Shown one piece after another: positions 38,200 through 51,900 of a DNA stretch of 64,000 nt (position 1 is its first letter; each line of letters begins with the position of its first letter). This DNA comes from Fimbriosthenelais zetlandica (taxonomy: Eukaryota). The stretch lies in contig OZ365116.1 in assembly GCA_977030845.1 (NCBI GenBank), forward strand, positions 22,072,001 through 22,136,000, given 5' to 3'. The position numbers and the translations under genes are program-made. The notes under the pieces were generated by a model. The model made no database searches and was not told the DNA's origin. It saw only the letters and a program-made list of their open reading frames with translations.

Positions 38200-38370
38200 T
38201 GTCGAGGGATGCTTTCACTGTTGTTTGATATTGAACGTTAATCTCGTGTTGAGCGCGAGTCCTTTAAGAAAGTGATAGAAGGAAATCTGGGAAGATCACT
38301 TTCTGATGGATTGTGATAATTCAATCCTCGACAAGGCTACCTGTATGATGGGTATAAATGCTTGCTTGTC
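38200..38370 (-). mobile_element. Decayed L1-like endonuclease C-terminus
   Basis: YTHH...LSRIEL (~YT....H..SRID) and GLALNTRL (~G.W.LN..LL). Confidence 0.3.
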
Positions 38371-40780
38371 AGCAATTTGAAGAATCAATGATTTTATTTT
38401 AATGCTCTTTTTGTCTTTTTGAATGCTCTCTCACGTAAACTTCAAACATACAATAATACATAGCGGCTGTTCACACACTAAGGAACAACATTCGCACATG
38501 TGGATACTTTGTTTCACGTTTTTGTTATATTATCCATTAGTACAGTAACATTGTCAATGTAACACAATTCTTTCAATACTATTCGCAATGGCTAATGCCC
38601 ATTGCACAGACTTACTTTGGTCATTATATGTAGTTCCTCACAGAGTTTATCATTGTTTCACTTATTCTCCCTGCGTCTATATTAATTCATTCAATAGAAA
38701 ACACCACAGCTCTCCTGTCAAGTGACATTCAAACCGCTGACAGGCGCCTTGTCAAATCGTGCAGAATGGAGAAATGGGAAACTGTGTGAGTAGTTAGCCT
38801 ACAAAAAGTGTGATGTTTCACCATTACTGCAATCAATTCATTTTTTGAAGCATCACCACATCAATGTTGTGAATGCCTTCTCTGATCGTCTGAATGGCCG
38901 CTGCTGGATGTTTCCTCTTTACGACTCAGTATGCAGCATATATGAAGGTTTCAAGTTATAATGAAGAGGGATGAGAGTCCATTATGGTACTGCATGGAGG
39001 GACTCGTCTACAAGCGTTTTACATCCCAAAATACTGCTTTGTAGTTGTGAGAATTAATTTGCAGAATACACGCTAGGTGGATTAATTGGCCAGGTAATTG
39101 AATGGTGCACGAGAGCTGGAGCATTGAGGCATGTTTGCTTTCATGAATAAATGATTTACAAGATTTCTGGACTTTCGAGAAGGGCATGTTCATGAAAATT
39201 ATTGCATCCTTTTAGTCCGTCTTTAATAGAAAGTTAATCATGGGCATATATGACTTTAGAAACATTGATTCTGTCCTTGACTAGAAACCAACCACCTTTT
39301 TCCTTTAATAAATATTCATAATCTCAAAGCTGGTTCTACCCAGACGGACAGGAAATGTGCCCAGTATACGGTTCTCTATAGTGCCCTATGATAGCCTACT
39401 CACCGAGCTTTTATTAAATCTTGCCTGACCCACCCACCAATCACTTTGCCACGTCCCAGGTCCGGCGGACAAAAATCAAGAGGTCCGCCTACAATGTGAC
39501 TGGGTGAGGAGGTTTAGAATGGATATTTGCTGGCCAGCTGGGGGCTGTGGTCACTCTAGCTGCCCCTGTTATGAGGAAAGTGAATGGAAGCATTGCTTCC
39601 ACATGCCTCAAGCTGCCAGCCATGTCTGCTCCTAACCGATGGATTATGGATGAAAGGATGGTCACAGTGCCATCATAAATGCATCCCAGAGGCTCACATA
39701 TTGTCCCAGGAAAAGACTCACTGAAAAGCACCTGATTCTAGACACGTAAAGTCATAGTTTTTGATGTGAAAAGCCGTTAGCTCATCACTCTCTTATGCTT
39801 GTCATTAGTGGAGGTTTGGTCGCTGCTCTGTTTTTGTCTCAACCTCTGTGATTTACGATTGATTGCAGGTGTCAGTAACTGCTTAAAAAGCCTTGTTAAC
39901 GTCCTCAATTTGCAACACAAACAGAATTATGTCACCCAACTGGAAAACAATTGCCTGCTTATCGCTCATTGAAATGACAATTTGAGCTAAAAATGTGACT
40001 ATTTTTACATGCTCTCAAGTCTTTTAACTCAATGAACGTTGACCACACCTGATCTAACTGCGGTTTAAACACACTTTAGGACTTTGAACCCCTGGGCTTT
40101 AACTACAGCAAAAAAGCTTGACAATTACGAGGACATGTTTCCAACCATTGCAAGCAGCAAACTCATGAGTTTCTGTTTTGTCGGGCCTCAGATGCATGTA
40201 TACATGGCTGGCATGTGTTCTTATTGCATAAGCTCATGCCATACAGTAGTTACTAAAAGTCACTCGTCAGTTCAACTGCTCTTCACTGGGCAAATACACA
40301 TCAATTTTTCAGCACAAACCAGAACGAATGCCCTGATGCAGTGGCTAGAATGCTGAAAATGTGTCTCCTTGCTTTGCTGTTCATGTACTTAATTATTCTA
40401 ACAGCGTAAGCCAGTGTCTCCACGGCCCATTTTAATATTTATTCAGTCACACTAGCTCATTTAATCTTACGTTTTGTAAGCCATTGAATAATATTCTCTC
40501 TGTCTCTGTTTCCTCTCCCGGAGCCGCCACTCACTCCATGGCCTCCCGTTCAATCCGCTTAGAAACCAGTGTTCAAATCCATTTCTGTTCTCGCTAATCT
40601 GGTTCTTTTGTTTCTGGGTTTTTCTACAGCACTTTTTTCCTCTTACTCTGCTGAAATCATCTTGGTTAACCTTCCCTAGTTGGCGGTGATCTTCATTGCA
40701 TGATTGCTACCTCCAACATCCCAATTTGTCTGCAGAAACTGAACATTTATATATAGAACCACTAGGATATCATTTGTAAA

Positions 40781-41106
40781 AATGGAACTCCACTGGGGCG
40801 ACATTATCGTACGACAATGTTATCGTACGACAATGTGGCCACTACAAACCATTGTCTCCGTTTACATGGGACCATGTACGATAGAAGCGACAATGGGCCT
40901 CTAGGACTTCCGGCGACATTGTCATCCCAAGCTGCTCGTCGCGATGCTGCTGAACTGCCTTCTCAAGCTGGCGACAAAGATATCGCGCGACAAGCTGACA
41001 ATTTTGAACCGAATCAAATCTGTATCAAATCTGCCACAAGTACCAAGAGACAAGCTGGCGACAACACATTGTTGCGACAGGTTTGTCGCCGCAATGGAGT
41101 CTCACC
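40781..41106. mobile_element. MITE-like non-autonomous DNA transposon
   Basis: Terminal inverted repeats ACTCCACTGGGGCGACA (40787-40803) and TGTCGCCGCAATGGAGT (41084-41100), 15/17 match. Nine internal CGACA motifs, an internal 16-bp tandem duplication at 40804-40835, flanks TAAA and TTAA, no coding capacity. Confidence 0.7.
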
Positions 41107-44100
41107 TTAACTCGCTCCACTGTTGCACGTTCCCTCTCACTCAATCCAACACAAAGGACTGGCTTCCCAACCAAAACAGCCCTGGTCTTGTTCAGAGGAC
41201 ACCATTTATATCAATGTAGGCTCTGTAAGATCAAACAAAGACCATCCATGATGAATGAGGTGTGTGTAGTGCACCCTTTCAACATTCATAAACATAATAT
41301 CCACAGGCTTATTCCTTTAATATTCATGAAGATTAATGATGCTTCCAGACCCTCCGCAACCAATGGAAACATGTTGTAATAATAAATCTTTAATTTGAAA
41401 GCCGTGGTGTGATATCTACCGGGTTCAGTAGTGAATTATACATACAGCTGCCATGCATGTACTTCATGTAGCAATATGCCACGTCTGTATTGTAATAAAC
41501 TCTAATGATGGTAAACGGCACTAAGTAATCCTCGTGGAATTGCTGCAGCTGAGAACCCGCTGCTGTCAATGATTTTTTCCCAAAAATCCAAAGAAATATG
41601 AAATTGGAACCGAAAGTATGGACAGGGTAGTTAATCATTGGAGGGGGAGTTATTGTTTTCAGGCTTTATTAGATTAGAGACTGGCCATATTGGGGGCTCG
41701 ACCCACACTCAAAGCAATCAGGTACCATCCCACCCACCGCCCAGCACTTCATGAACGGGCAAAAGTAATCATAAACTTAAGGCTCAAAACTATAAATCAC
41801 TAAATATTGCCAGTGGCAATTTACTGGAAGTGCTGAGCTGCTTTCAGATAAAAACTTCCCAGTCCTTTACTGGTTTTGCTGTATTGGGAGTTTTGCCTGA
41901 TGTGATTCTTTTAGCACATAACAGCGGAAACGATCCATGTGGAAATGCAGACCTTTTTCAGCGAATACAATTCAAGTGTTGTATTGAATTACTTTCGCTA
42001 AAACAAACCGCCCTGTTTAGGCAGGAGCAGCTCATAGTGTAATTATTCCTGGGTCTCTGAAGGCTGCAGCACAGCATGGTCGTTTTGTCTCAATAACTTT
42101 TGGGAGTTTAAGAATATCATATCACATATTTTAAACCCTCTGAGAGGTTGCTAGCTCCAAGTCTGTATACCCAATTGCTCGGAGTTTTTTGGGTTGGATA
42201 TCAGCCAAGATATGGCGAAACTGCCTTGCTAAACATCGGAGCTCTGTCCTATCGAACAGATCTTGAAAATGTATCCAAGGTGTGAAAATCGATGTACTGT
42301 ATTAAGATATTGTCGTCAGACCGAGGACAAGAAACCTATTCCTGTCGTTTGGCCTCAGAAGGTGTTTAATATGCCCCGCACGTCCTCTACCACATCCAGG
42401 TAACTAGCTTATGTCTAGTATAGGGGGCTCTCTCCTCTCACCACTGCTCCTCATATCTAATTATTCCTCCACCTCCACGTAAAGACACTGTAATCAGGCA
42501 CGAAGCTAAACAACACCTTTAAGACATCTATAGTCTGGAGTCTGGCAAACGTGACTTTATACAACCAATCGAGGAGATGGCAGAATAGAAGCGAGAGAAG
42601 AAACTTTTTATACCACAGTTCAATGATCCTTTAATTGTTTTCTCATCTGGTAAAATATAGTTGTAGAACGAAACTCCAAGGCTCCAGCTTTCTCAACTCT
42701 ATTAACATTTTTGAGGATCTTGCATTGATGAACCAAAGTAACATAGTTTTAATGTATGAGGCAAGTTAGTTTTTAGCCTCTTAATAAAAGCCATTACATG
42801 GTTATATTTACACATAATAAAGATATATGAAGTTGGTCTCCATAAAATGTAGATTATTCAATAGAGCTTGCTATACTTTGATGGATGCTTTTGATTGCTC
42901 ATTTAACCACATCATTAGATTAAAATTTCTCACTGCTCTTAGATGCAGTAATGATGTTACTCACTGTAGGCTTCAAGATCAAATTACTTACTCCGCACAT
43001 CCTAATGGGTAACTACCAGTACGTACGGATCGCCGTGCAGGGTTTCTTTTATGAGATTAAGGATTAATATAACGATGAAGATCCATTAAAGCATTGAGAA
43101 AAAATACAGGCCATCGATAAGAGGCACTGTGGATAGATAGATAGTTTGAAGCATTGAAACCGTGCGACAGACGCGCTGTTTTTGTATATATTATACTCCG
43201 TTAATCGGTGGTATTTAAATCTCTTTCATTGCATTGACTTATGGAGTGCATAGTCTAACATCCTATTTAGACCAAGATATGGCCATTGATTGTCTAGAGA
43301 GTAGAGTGGGTGTATATGTGTGTATACCAGTTCTCATTGACTGGCTATAAGTACTTTATGGACTACTCTGTCATCCCGTACACAGCTGCTGGCACTTATC
43401 TGGTAATTAGATTCCCCTGCTTTTAATCACTATTCATGGCTGCGAATCTGGATCCAATCAACACTATCTTGGACCTATGATGATATCAGCGTCGATAGGG
43501 AGTCCTAAATGAGTTTCGCCTCGGCTTATCTTAGAACAACACTTGCTTGGTTCGTCCAGGGCAGCTAATGTTTGGCTAACCGGGCCATGTTTTGCATAAC
43601 AAGACCGACATCATGTCCCTTACTGTGGGATGTGCCAGATACGGGCCCTACAGTTGCCCTTCTGTGTTTAAGTTGCCCTTTGGCTTTCCAAATGGAGCGA
43701 TAAGACCTTGTATTTGCATGGAGATAAGGAGAAAGTGATATAATTCACTTCAGTAAAATGCAGTGTGACCTTTGGATCAAATTCAGAATAGAATTTCCCA
43801 ATATGTATGTCATATTCAATTAATTAAACCACCGGATGATAAAAGGTCAATATTACAACTCAAATACTATTATGAGTTGTTATATATGCCATTTTAATAT
43901 ATAACAAGGGATCATTTGTAGGGTATATAAGGTCTCACATTGAGAGGTAGATGTCATTTAAGTTAGCCTTTAGCTTAATGTGGTGTTTATACCATACAAG
44001 TACCTATCGATTGCGGGCTATACCAGACTCATATGACTTCAGGCGATAACCTTGAGAGATCAGATTACCTGGCCTGGACTCTGGGAGCGATGAGCTGTCG

Positions 44101-44341
44101 ATAGGAGGATGGGAAGGGCGAGCCAGGTCCCCCTTCTCTCTACAATCTGAGGATACTATTTCACATTTCTATACGAGCTTTTAGAAAAAATGTGCAGAGT
44201 ACCATATGGAGAGGGTATCCTGCCACATAGTTGTTGATACTTCACAGCAGGGCGCTCATCTTCACAGCGCTCTCCCTTTCTCTTTCTGTCACCAAGTTTT
44301 CACGTACTTTTCCTATCCTCCTCTAATTACCACCTGCAGAG

Positions 44342-44600
44342 CTCTCTCGCTTTCTCTCTCCCTTCTCCCTTCCCTCTCACACCTCTCTCTCACTCTCACC
44401 CTCTCTCCTTCTCTCACCCCCTCTCTCTCACCCTCTCTCCTTCTCTCACCCCCTCTCTCTTTCCTTCCCTCCCCTCTGTCTCCCTCTCTCCCTCCCCTTT
44501 CTCTCACTCCCTCCATCCCCTCTCTCTCACTCTCTGTCTCTCCTTCTCTCCCTCTCTCCTCTCTCTCAATCTCTCACTCTGAGTTTCTCTCCCTCTCTCC
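44342..44600 (+). repeat. CT-rich simple repeat
   Basis: About 260 bp of degenerate (CT)n/(CCCT)n. Confidence 0.92.
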
Positions 44601-45417
44601 AGTAAGAATCTCCACCTTGACTCATCACCGTTCCCATTAGATGTGAAAACAATATTCACCCCCAGGCGCTAATTCTGTCATGATTTATTGATTTCATGAG
44701 GTTAGTCTTTCCTGCTGGGTTTCGGTTTTCAGCAAATCGAATCATTATCCTTTCTTTCGCAATAGCTCAAGATTCGGTGTCAAGTTCTGTACTTTTTATC
44801 ATTTTTCATCCATTTAGGTTCCTTCCCTCATGAAATATTTCAATTCGCGAGCAGAGTGTCAATTTATACGCCAGCTTCCGGTCACACTCTACCGATAGCA
44901 CGGCAGACATGCCAAACCTGAAATTGTATCTGTCGTGCATCTCTTGTCAGTTATTGTCATAACATGCATGGCATTCAATGTCATCACACCCTGCCTGTTA
45001 CATTATGCAAAGATTTTGGCGGTTGCTACTGTTGCTAATTCAAAATGATGAATAGCTCTTTGAAACTCAAGGTCGGACATCAGCACACTTTTTTGAGAGA
45101 GATCCCCTAACCATCATTTCCAAAATCCTGGATGGGCCCTGGGAGGTTGGCTGGTCTGGTGTAGGTCCACCATGTTGGTTTGAAAGGGAAAGGTCCTTAT
45201 ATGGGTTGGAGTAGGGGTAACCATGATGAATGGGTGAAGTCTAGCTCTCCCCCACCACCACCCTAACCTCACGAGGCTATCAGATTGGTGGTGATAATTT
45301 ATCATGTATCAATATACTCACATCGCTCTCTCAAAGCTTTCAACAAACTGTTAGTCCATCAGATCAGGTTGCCCTCTCCCAGCCTGCCCCCTACCGACCT
45401 GCTGATGACTGCCTGTA

Positions 45418-45431
45418 CCGCCAGGTGGCGC
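45418..45431 (+). promoter_or_regulatory. CTCF-like motif
   Basis: CCGCCAGGTGGCGC matches the CTCF core CCRC(C/T)AG(G/A)(T/G)GGC(G/A). Motif match only. Confidence 0.4.
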
Positions 45432-45444
45432 CATGCTGAGAGGA

Positions 45445-45494
45445 GGGCAGGGGGTGAGGGTTTGGGGGCAGGGGGTGAGGGTTTGGGGGCAGGG
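45445..45494 (+). repeat. 21-bp G-rich tandem repeat (G-quadruplex potential)
   Basis: GGGCAGGGGGTGAGGGTTTGG twice exactly, plus GGGCAGGG. Confidence 0.85.
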
Positions 45495-48400
45495 TCTCTA
45501 GGTATTATATATACCGCAATGCACGTATGGTAATGTAAGAGGCACCATAGCCTCCAGTTAGGATACTGGGATAAATCTACAGATTGTATCACAACTGCGA
45601 TCTATGATCCTCAGTGGATATCCAGCAACATGTGGAAAAAGACAAAATGAACTTCTGATACTTCTTCATATTATTGCAGATTTGTATGACACAAATGTTG
45701 ATCGCAATCTAAAATTTGTTGCTCAATTTTTAGGGAGAAAGTTGAATATGGTAGGATTTCATTTAAGAAGGCAATATCCCATCCTCTTATCAACTCAGCA
45801 ATATCGTATTTTCACAATATGAAACTGCCTGTCACTGAACCGAATTCTCATTATTGTGCACTATTTCAATATCCTGTCGCATCTCGAGTTACATTTTCAT
45901 GCGCATTTGTCCTCACATGATGCTGTGAAAGGAGAGAAAAAATTGTATAGATGATCACATCACATCGAATATTGCTACAAGATCCAATCAAAATGTTTTT
46001 TTATGGCAATGCATGTATATCTTCAGTGAATTTTTCTTTTATATGAGACATTATTCGAGTCACCCTCATATTTATATATAGATCTATGTATGGATGTTGG
46101 AGAGAAACGTCCCACTATTTCATACCTTCCCTACAAAATCTGTGGTAAGGAGAGCTGAGCTGTAAGGTTGCATATGGACTTATGCGGGTTGGAAAGAGGA
46201 GGGGGTAGCACTCTCATGTTAGGCCTTATCAAGCACGACCCTGCTCCCACCCTGCCATAGTGAATACTGAAAGCTTTGATTACACCTCATTGACCATTAG
46301 ATTGGACATAATCAAGACTGGGCACTGCATGTTATCCTGCCCACTCAGCCATCTTGTTTCAAGCACTATCCATCTTTCAGGCTTTTCAGGCCAGCTTTTC
46401 TCCTGACATTCACCGTTTCACGGGGCATTCTACTGGGAGCCAGCTGTATAATAAGCCTTGATCTATGTCACTTTAAATAACCCTTCAATCTTCCCCGACC
46501 AGAATCTATTCTTCCACATGAAAGAGCCATCATTCCAAGCGTTTGTATAGTGTGAATATGGCTTAACCCACTGAATTATGCCTCCTCTGTGATTCACAGA
46601 TTTTTAATAGCAATCTGACCTGAATTTCATTGAAAGTCAGTTGCAGAATGTCTTATGATTAAATTGAAAATCTCTGCCATAATTATGTTAAAATGTGTGA
46701 TGAAAAATGCGAAAGAAACTGATATGAGAATAATAACAAGCTATGTAGGTAAGAACAATGTTAAAAGCTGTGAACTGTGAAGATGGGTGTAATCCGTTAT
46801 AAGATTATGTGGCAGACTCCACCCCCAACAATGCAGGTTGATGAGGTATATTGTCCCGGGGGAAGCCCCCTACTCTTTACCATGTTTAATCCTTGTCATT
46901 CCCCAGACACCTCACTTATACCCCCTATGGATTATGTCAGGTGCAATTATTGATGGTTTTAGCCACTTTGGAATGTGGTTTAGGACTGTTTAAATCATTT
47001 CATCTGTGTATTAAAGTATTTGATCGGCACGAATTGCAGGAATTCCGTAGCCTTTTGTTCCTTATAATGCAATTTTAAACATCGAAACACGAACATTGCT
47101 CGAGGAGATGTTTCCACTATACATATCGCCTTTTATCCAATGTGAGTTACTGCAGCTGAAGAAAAGAAATCAAACACGATGCTCCGTGACAAAATTACAA
47201 GCTAAAAGCTGGTGTTGTGTTTTACAATTGGACATGATATCAGCCGCTATCACGAGATGCATTGTATAGAACATCAGTGCCATGGGAAATGTACTTCCGA
47301 TATATCATTGAACAAAAACAGTCTGTACAAAAACCTCATAGCTGGCCAACCGATTCGAAATATAAATAATAAATAGCTACCCCCAGTGGGACCTAAATGA
47401 TTTCTAAGAGGAAGAGAGAAGGAATAATAAAAAGGATGTCGACCTTCGTTTTTCCATTGAAGGCATGCCATACCCAGAAGTTAGTAAGAAAAACATATAT
47501 AATCACTGAGCCACTTTGTTTTTCCCTTTGAGTATAGATTTCTTGCTGACTCTCCTCTGTGATATATTTCCTTATAAACCTGGGGCCCATTTCAAAAGGA
47601 AAATTAGCAATGCTAATTGTAATTTTCGTTTTGAAACAGACTCCTGAACTAGAGTAGAAACGTTCAAGTAATAGTGGACCTCAGAAATTCGTCATGATGG
47701 ACATGAATTAACCAGCAGAATGCTAACTACACCCGGCCCCACAATGTACTAGACCATTACTGCTGTTTAAATTCTTGCTGCAGCCTTGAAGCAATGCCAT
47801 CAAAGTCAGTAAGAGACTGGGCCCAACCGTGACCTCCTTCTTCCAACCCTGTGAACAATAAAGCAGAACCTCTTCCAAGAAAAGTGCTATAAAACATTGT
47901 ACGGATCTCACAAAGAGCACTTGATTTTAATCAATTAAAGGAAAAATCAATTTTCTCCCAGACTCCAAGTGCTGGATGATTGTCTCTTGGTGAGCATTGT
48001 TAAAAGACAATGGAGCATAATGGCGACATCAGGAGGCGACGTCTTCCCCACTGGCGACTGGAGGAGAGTCGCACCCAGATATCATCACAGAGTCCTCACC
48101 AGAGAAGGATATCAATTTGAAACACATCTATGGGACTCCTTCTGGGGCCACATTGAGGATTCCATATTCCCTGGCCGGCACTAAAGCTGCATTGATGATT
48201 TAATGACACCTTAAGGACTCGTGAACCTTAGAAAAAAAGGCGAATCTTTGAGACGCGCCCATCTTTTACCCCATGACGTACTCGTAAAGGGCTTGTAATA
48301 CACCCATCATCTGACACAATTATTCCACTTCTCACTCTGTACCCAGCTGCACTGTTCTCCAGCTATACATTATACATAAAGTCAAAGAACATAGTACCGG

Positions 48401-49774
48401 ATACAACATTTGACAGCGACTAAAATTGAAGTGTTATACCTTTTCCAAAATGACAACAATAGCTCCCAATTCATTTCTAAAGGGACGTATCCTACTTTTT
48501 GATGGCCCATATAATTGTTTTTGTTCCTCATTAGAACATGAGTAGTTGAGCTAAGGAAATGGGTAGGGAGTCCACATAAACCATGTCTTGCATTACAAAT
48601 AGCATTGAAGTAAAATGTAAGTATGTTAGTGGGAGGAAAGGCGAGACGTGGTAGAGCGGGGAGACTGGAGGGAGGCAGCACTCTGATCCCTCCTCTCTCT
48701 GATAAATGTTAGAAGTAATGCAATCGTCCGATCAGGGAAAGCAGACACGCAGGTTGGCCTGGCTGGCACTCCTCCCCTACCAAATGGTGTCGCGTCTGCA
48801 GGCATGATCCTTATTGACAAACAGTCTGTATATAAAAGGAGGGCATCGTGCTACCATATTGATTCCTATCCAATTATTGCCTGCAATATAACCGATCAAA
48901 GCGAAACAATCATTGCATGCTGCCATTTGTATATGTTTGATCCTTTGTGCATTTGTATTCAGGAAGATCCCATATGTCATGGTTCGGTATCATATTTAGT
49001 GAAAGACATGATTAAGATGCAATAATGAGAAAAGTCCCACAACACAAAGGGAAAGTGTGAAACATGGCATTCTTCCCGGATCAATATTGGGACATATTGA
49101 TGGAGGCTCTTACTTCAGGATGCTTAACTGCCGAGCTTAGAAATTGATACAGTAATGCCTCAGATGAATGTTACACAGTGAATCAATAAGCAAAGCCTGG
49201 CATTTCTGTTGTCTGCTGCTCTTGTGAACTCTTGTTGTCATAAGAGATACCAAGGATTTTATGGCAACTGTGAAAATATTTCAGAACATCTGTTTCCTTT
49301 GCTACTATTTTTTCTGTCGGTATGTTAGAACTAGTATTCTTGCCTTTCCAAATGCAATCGAAATTGTGCACGCCTATCATTTTAACTTCATTTTGAAAAA
49401 AAAACATGAATCACTTTCCTATTTTCTCTTGCCTTTTTTCTGGCTTGGATCTTGTTTTATTTGGGAACCAATCATCTCGTGATGTTAGGTCATTCAGTTC
49501 AGTGCACAGGACATAAAACACCATGTGGTCGCTTCTCGTAATGGGAGATAAATACCAAACTTGACATAAAGGGATAATGGGCAACACAGAGGGATTTTTT
49601 TTTAGAAGGACTTGGGTTTTCATTTGAAATGAACTTGTGGAATGAATTATTTTCAACCAAACACTCTTTGATGCTTTGGATTCACTTTGGAATTGCTTTT
49701 CTATCAACCGCTTAGATCCCCAAAGATGTCTTCAATTCCACGTAAACCAATAAAAATATTTTTTTTCTTTTCAG

Positions 49775-49948
49775 GAGTGTTCATGTGGGTAAGAGTGCTG
49801 AGTGCCCGTTGACTGGCAGTCCTCTCCACCTATACCTGGCCCTCATCTCGGCCGGGGCAGCCATGCTGGTGAAGGAACATGGCATCACCGTGCTGGGCGT
49901 CTGTCTTCTCTATGATATCTTCATTATTAACAGGGCTTCCTTAACCAG
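49775..49948 (+). CDS. TMTC1: TMTC1-like coding exon
   Basis: Acceptor ttttcttttcag|G, donor ACCAG|gtacct; 174 nt, phase 2 to 2. Encodes SVHVGKSAECPLTGSPLHLYLALISAGAAMLVKEHGITVLGVCLLYDIFIINRASLT(R), with the conserved AML.KE.GITV.GVC..YD motif. Confidence 0.92.
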
Positions 49949-51329
49949 GTACCTCCTACAAGTCTTACCTCATTATCATTGCTACTTTTTATACTTTTTT
50001 CGAATGCACCTATGATAGGAATACGAGTGGGCTGTAATCCACGGTAAAGAGGCGGAACAAATTGGCATGTCATTCATTCTCGATTAAGTTATTAGGTTTT
50101 TATCTGATTCATCAACATGCCATGTAATAATTATCGTTTTTAATCCTGATTTGAATTGGGATTGTACATGACTGTAATGAGTGCTTGTTTTCTGGGAATA
50201 ACGTCATGGAATTCCTGGCAAAGCAGACCACCATTGTCGACTCCCATACTCGAAGACCAAATAACGACTATAGTGTAGTATATATGAGTGGATAGGAACT
50301 GTGGAGTCTGGCACTAAGCCCCTGTCATGCCCTCATAAAAGGAAAATGCCACATTTCCCCACTGATTTACAGGACATTGACACTGTAATGTTTTAGATAG
50401 ACGAGGCGTGAAATGCACCCTCGGGGAGAACTGGCATACATGATGGATGTAAAACTTTGAAGAACTTTCTGTTTTCATCCCTTCTAAAACAGTTTTATGT
50501 CAAATGGAATCGAGTGAGAGCGACACATTATGCATGAGACCAGAGCAATATCCTAGCTCCAGTATGGTACTTTTCCCATATTACCCGGATTTAAGTACAG
50601 GGCCACACCTTTCCTCCACTAGCCAATATGTTCGCATGTTAAGTCTCTATTGCTTCATTTGCTTGTTGTTGATCTATCCTTTTAATTTGCGTTTCATTCC
50701 CCTCGCTACCTACTGAGCTTTGGTAATATGTGCTAATGCCTGAATAGGAAATTTAATTCAGATAAGAAACAATACTCTTTCTCGAACAATACAATATCAA
50801 TTAATCATTGGTTCCCCGTAATTAGAATTATCCATTCATTGTGTATATGTATCCCTGGAATTGGCGTTTGTGCAAGAAACTGGAGTCTAATTAAGATTAT
50901 CTCAATATGGTCATTAATGTTCATTATTCAAGAGCATTTGGGTGGAGTGCTCCTGCCTCGGCACAATAGCATTATCTGGTAGAAAGTAAGAACCAATGCA
51001 GCCCTCTTCATCAACTGCCACTGTTTTCCTCTGCCCAAGGCCCAATCAACTGTTAAAGCCATCCATATTGTTTTCAAATAGGAATTTGCAAGAGGGCATT
51101 TATAAAGGAAATTTAATTAAGATAGCTCCCCTCTCTCCTGGTCTTTATGCATGATGTCTTAAGAAAATGCATGAGATTGGAGCATCGATTATAATGAACT
51201 AGACGAAGGAGACCTTGGGAATTAATAAAGACACAAAGTCAGGGGGATCTAGTCAAAAGCATCATTGTACTGCCTGGATTCCACCTTCCGTCGCACTTTC
51301 TATTGGAAAAGAAGTAGTTAATTGGATTG

Positions 51330-51900
51330 GTTTCTACTGGCAAGGCCTGATTTTGACCAAGTCCTTGTCTCTTTGTCAGGAAAATCAATTAGCAAGATTT
51401 GAATTCAGGACCCATGTCGCAATTAAAGTTTTTACCCGAAGACGACTTGTTGAAAAGCGTTCAGAACGATGAGCCTTTTTTCAGGCTTAACCCAAATCCC
51501 TTGATTTGAATGAAGTGGCAAGGGGGAAAACATCGTTTCTACCTACTTCCCAGGGGAGCTCGGGATGAAGTGTTAGGTTTCCTTGCTGCCCCAGTAATAG
51601 AATCTATTTCTGATCAGCCTCTCTCCTTTTTTCCCCATGACCTCGAAATGCAGAATTCCCGTGTGGTGAAGAGATGGAATTTTGTTCTGGCCTTAATCAC
51701 CAAGCACTTTCCGTTTCGAAACTTGACCCCGTACCTATGCCCTCAAATGAATCACTATCTTCACTGTACTTTCCCAGGTGCAGAGTTGATAAAAAAAGAT
51801 ATCAGAGACATAGCAAAATCCTATTATTCCCTAATGTGTCAAAAGAGCCCTTCTCACTAGCTCGTCTAAACCTTTTACAGAAGCTTTGATCAGAAAATTG
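51330..51900 (+). mobile_element. Decayed L1-clade ORF2 (endonuclease end plus linker)
   Basis: Ordered: FYW..RPDFDQVLVS (~FTW..SR+D.+LVS), THVAI (~SDH.A+), RLNPNPL (~W.LN..LL), RGARDEVLGF, GEEMEFCSGL (~GE...YF..L), DIAKSYYSLM and KPFTE. Confidence 0.55.

Noticed and set aside
41694-41704. tRNA B-box-like GGGTCGAGCCC on the minus strand (possible SINE head)
   Set aside because: No convincing A-box at the right spacing, and no tail or target-site duplication.
44206-44640. Leu/Ser/Pro-rich and Arg/Glu/Gly-rich ORFs here and at 55131, 58234 and 58828
   Set aside because: They are translation artefacts of CT and C-rich simple repeats.
46746-46754. TAG|GTAAGA as a recursive splice site
   Set aside because: There is no upstream polypyrimidine tract, and one such 9-mer is plausible by chance in this much intron.
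3650-49774. A nested protein-coding gene in the two >22-kb introns
   Set aside because: No chain of phase-compatible exons with recognisable protein content on either strand. The short ORFs are transposon relics, low-complexity or unassignable.
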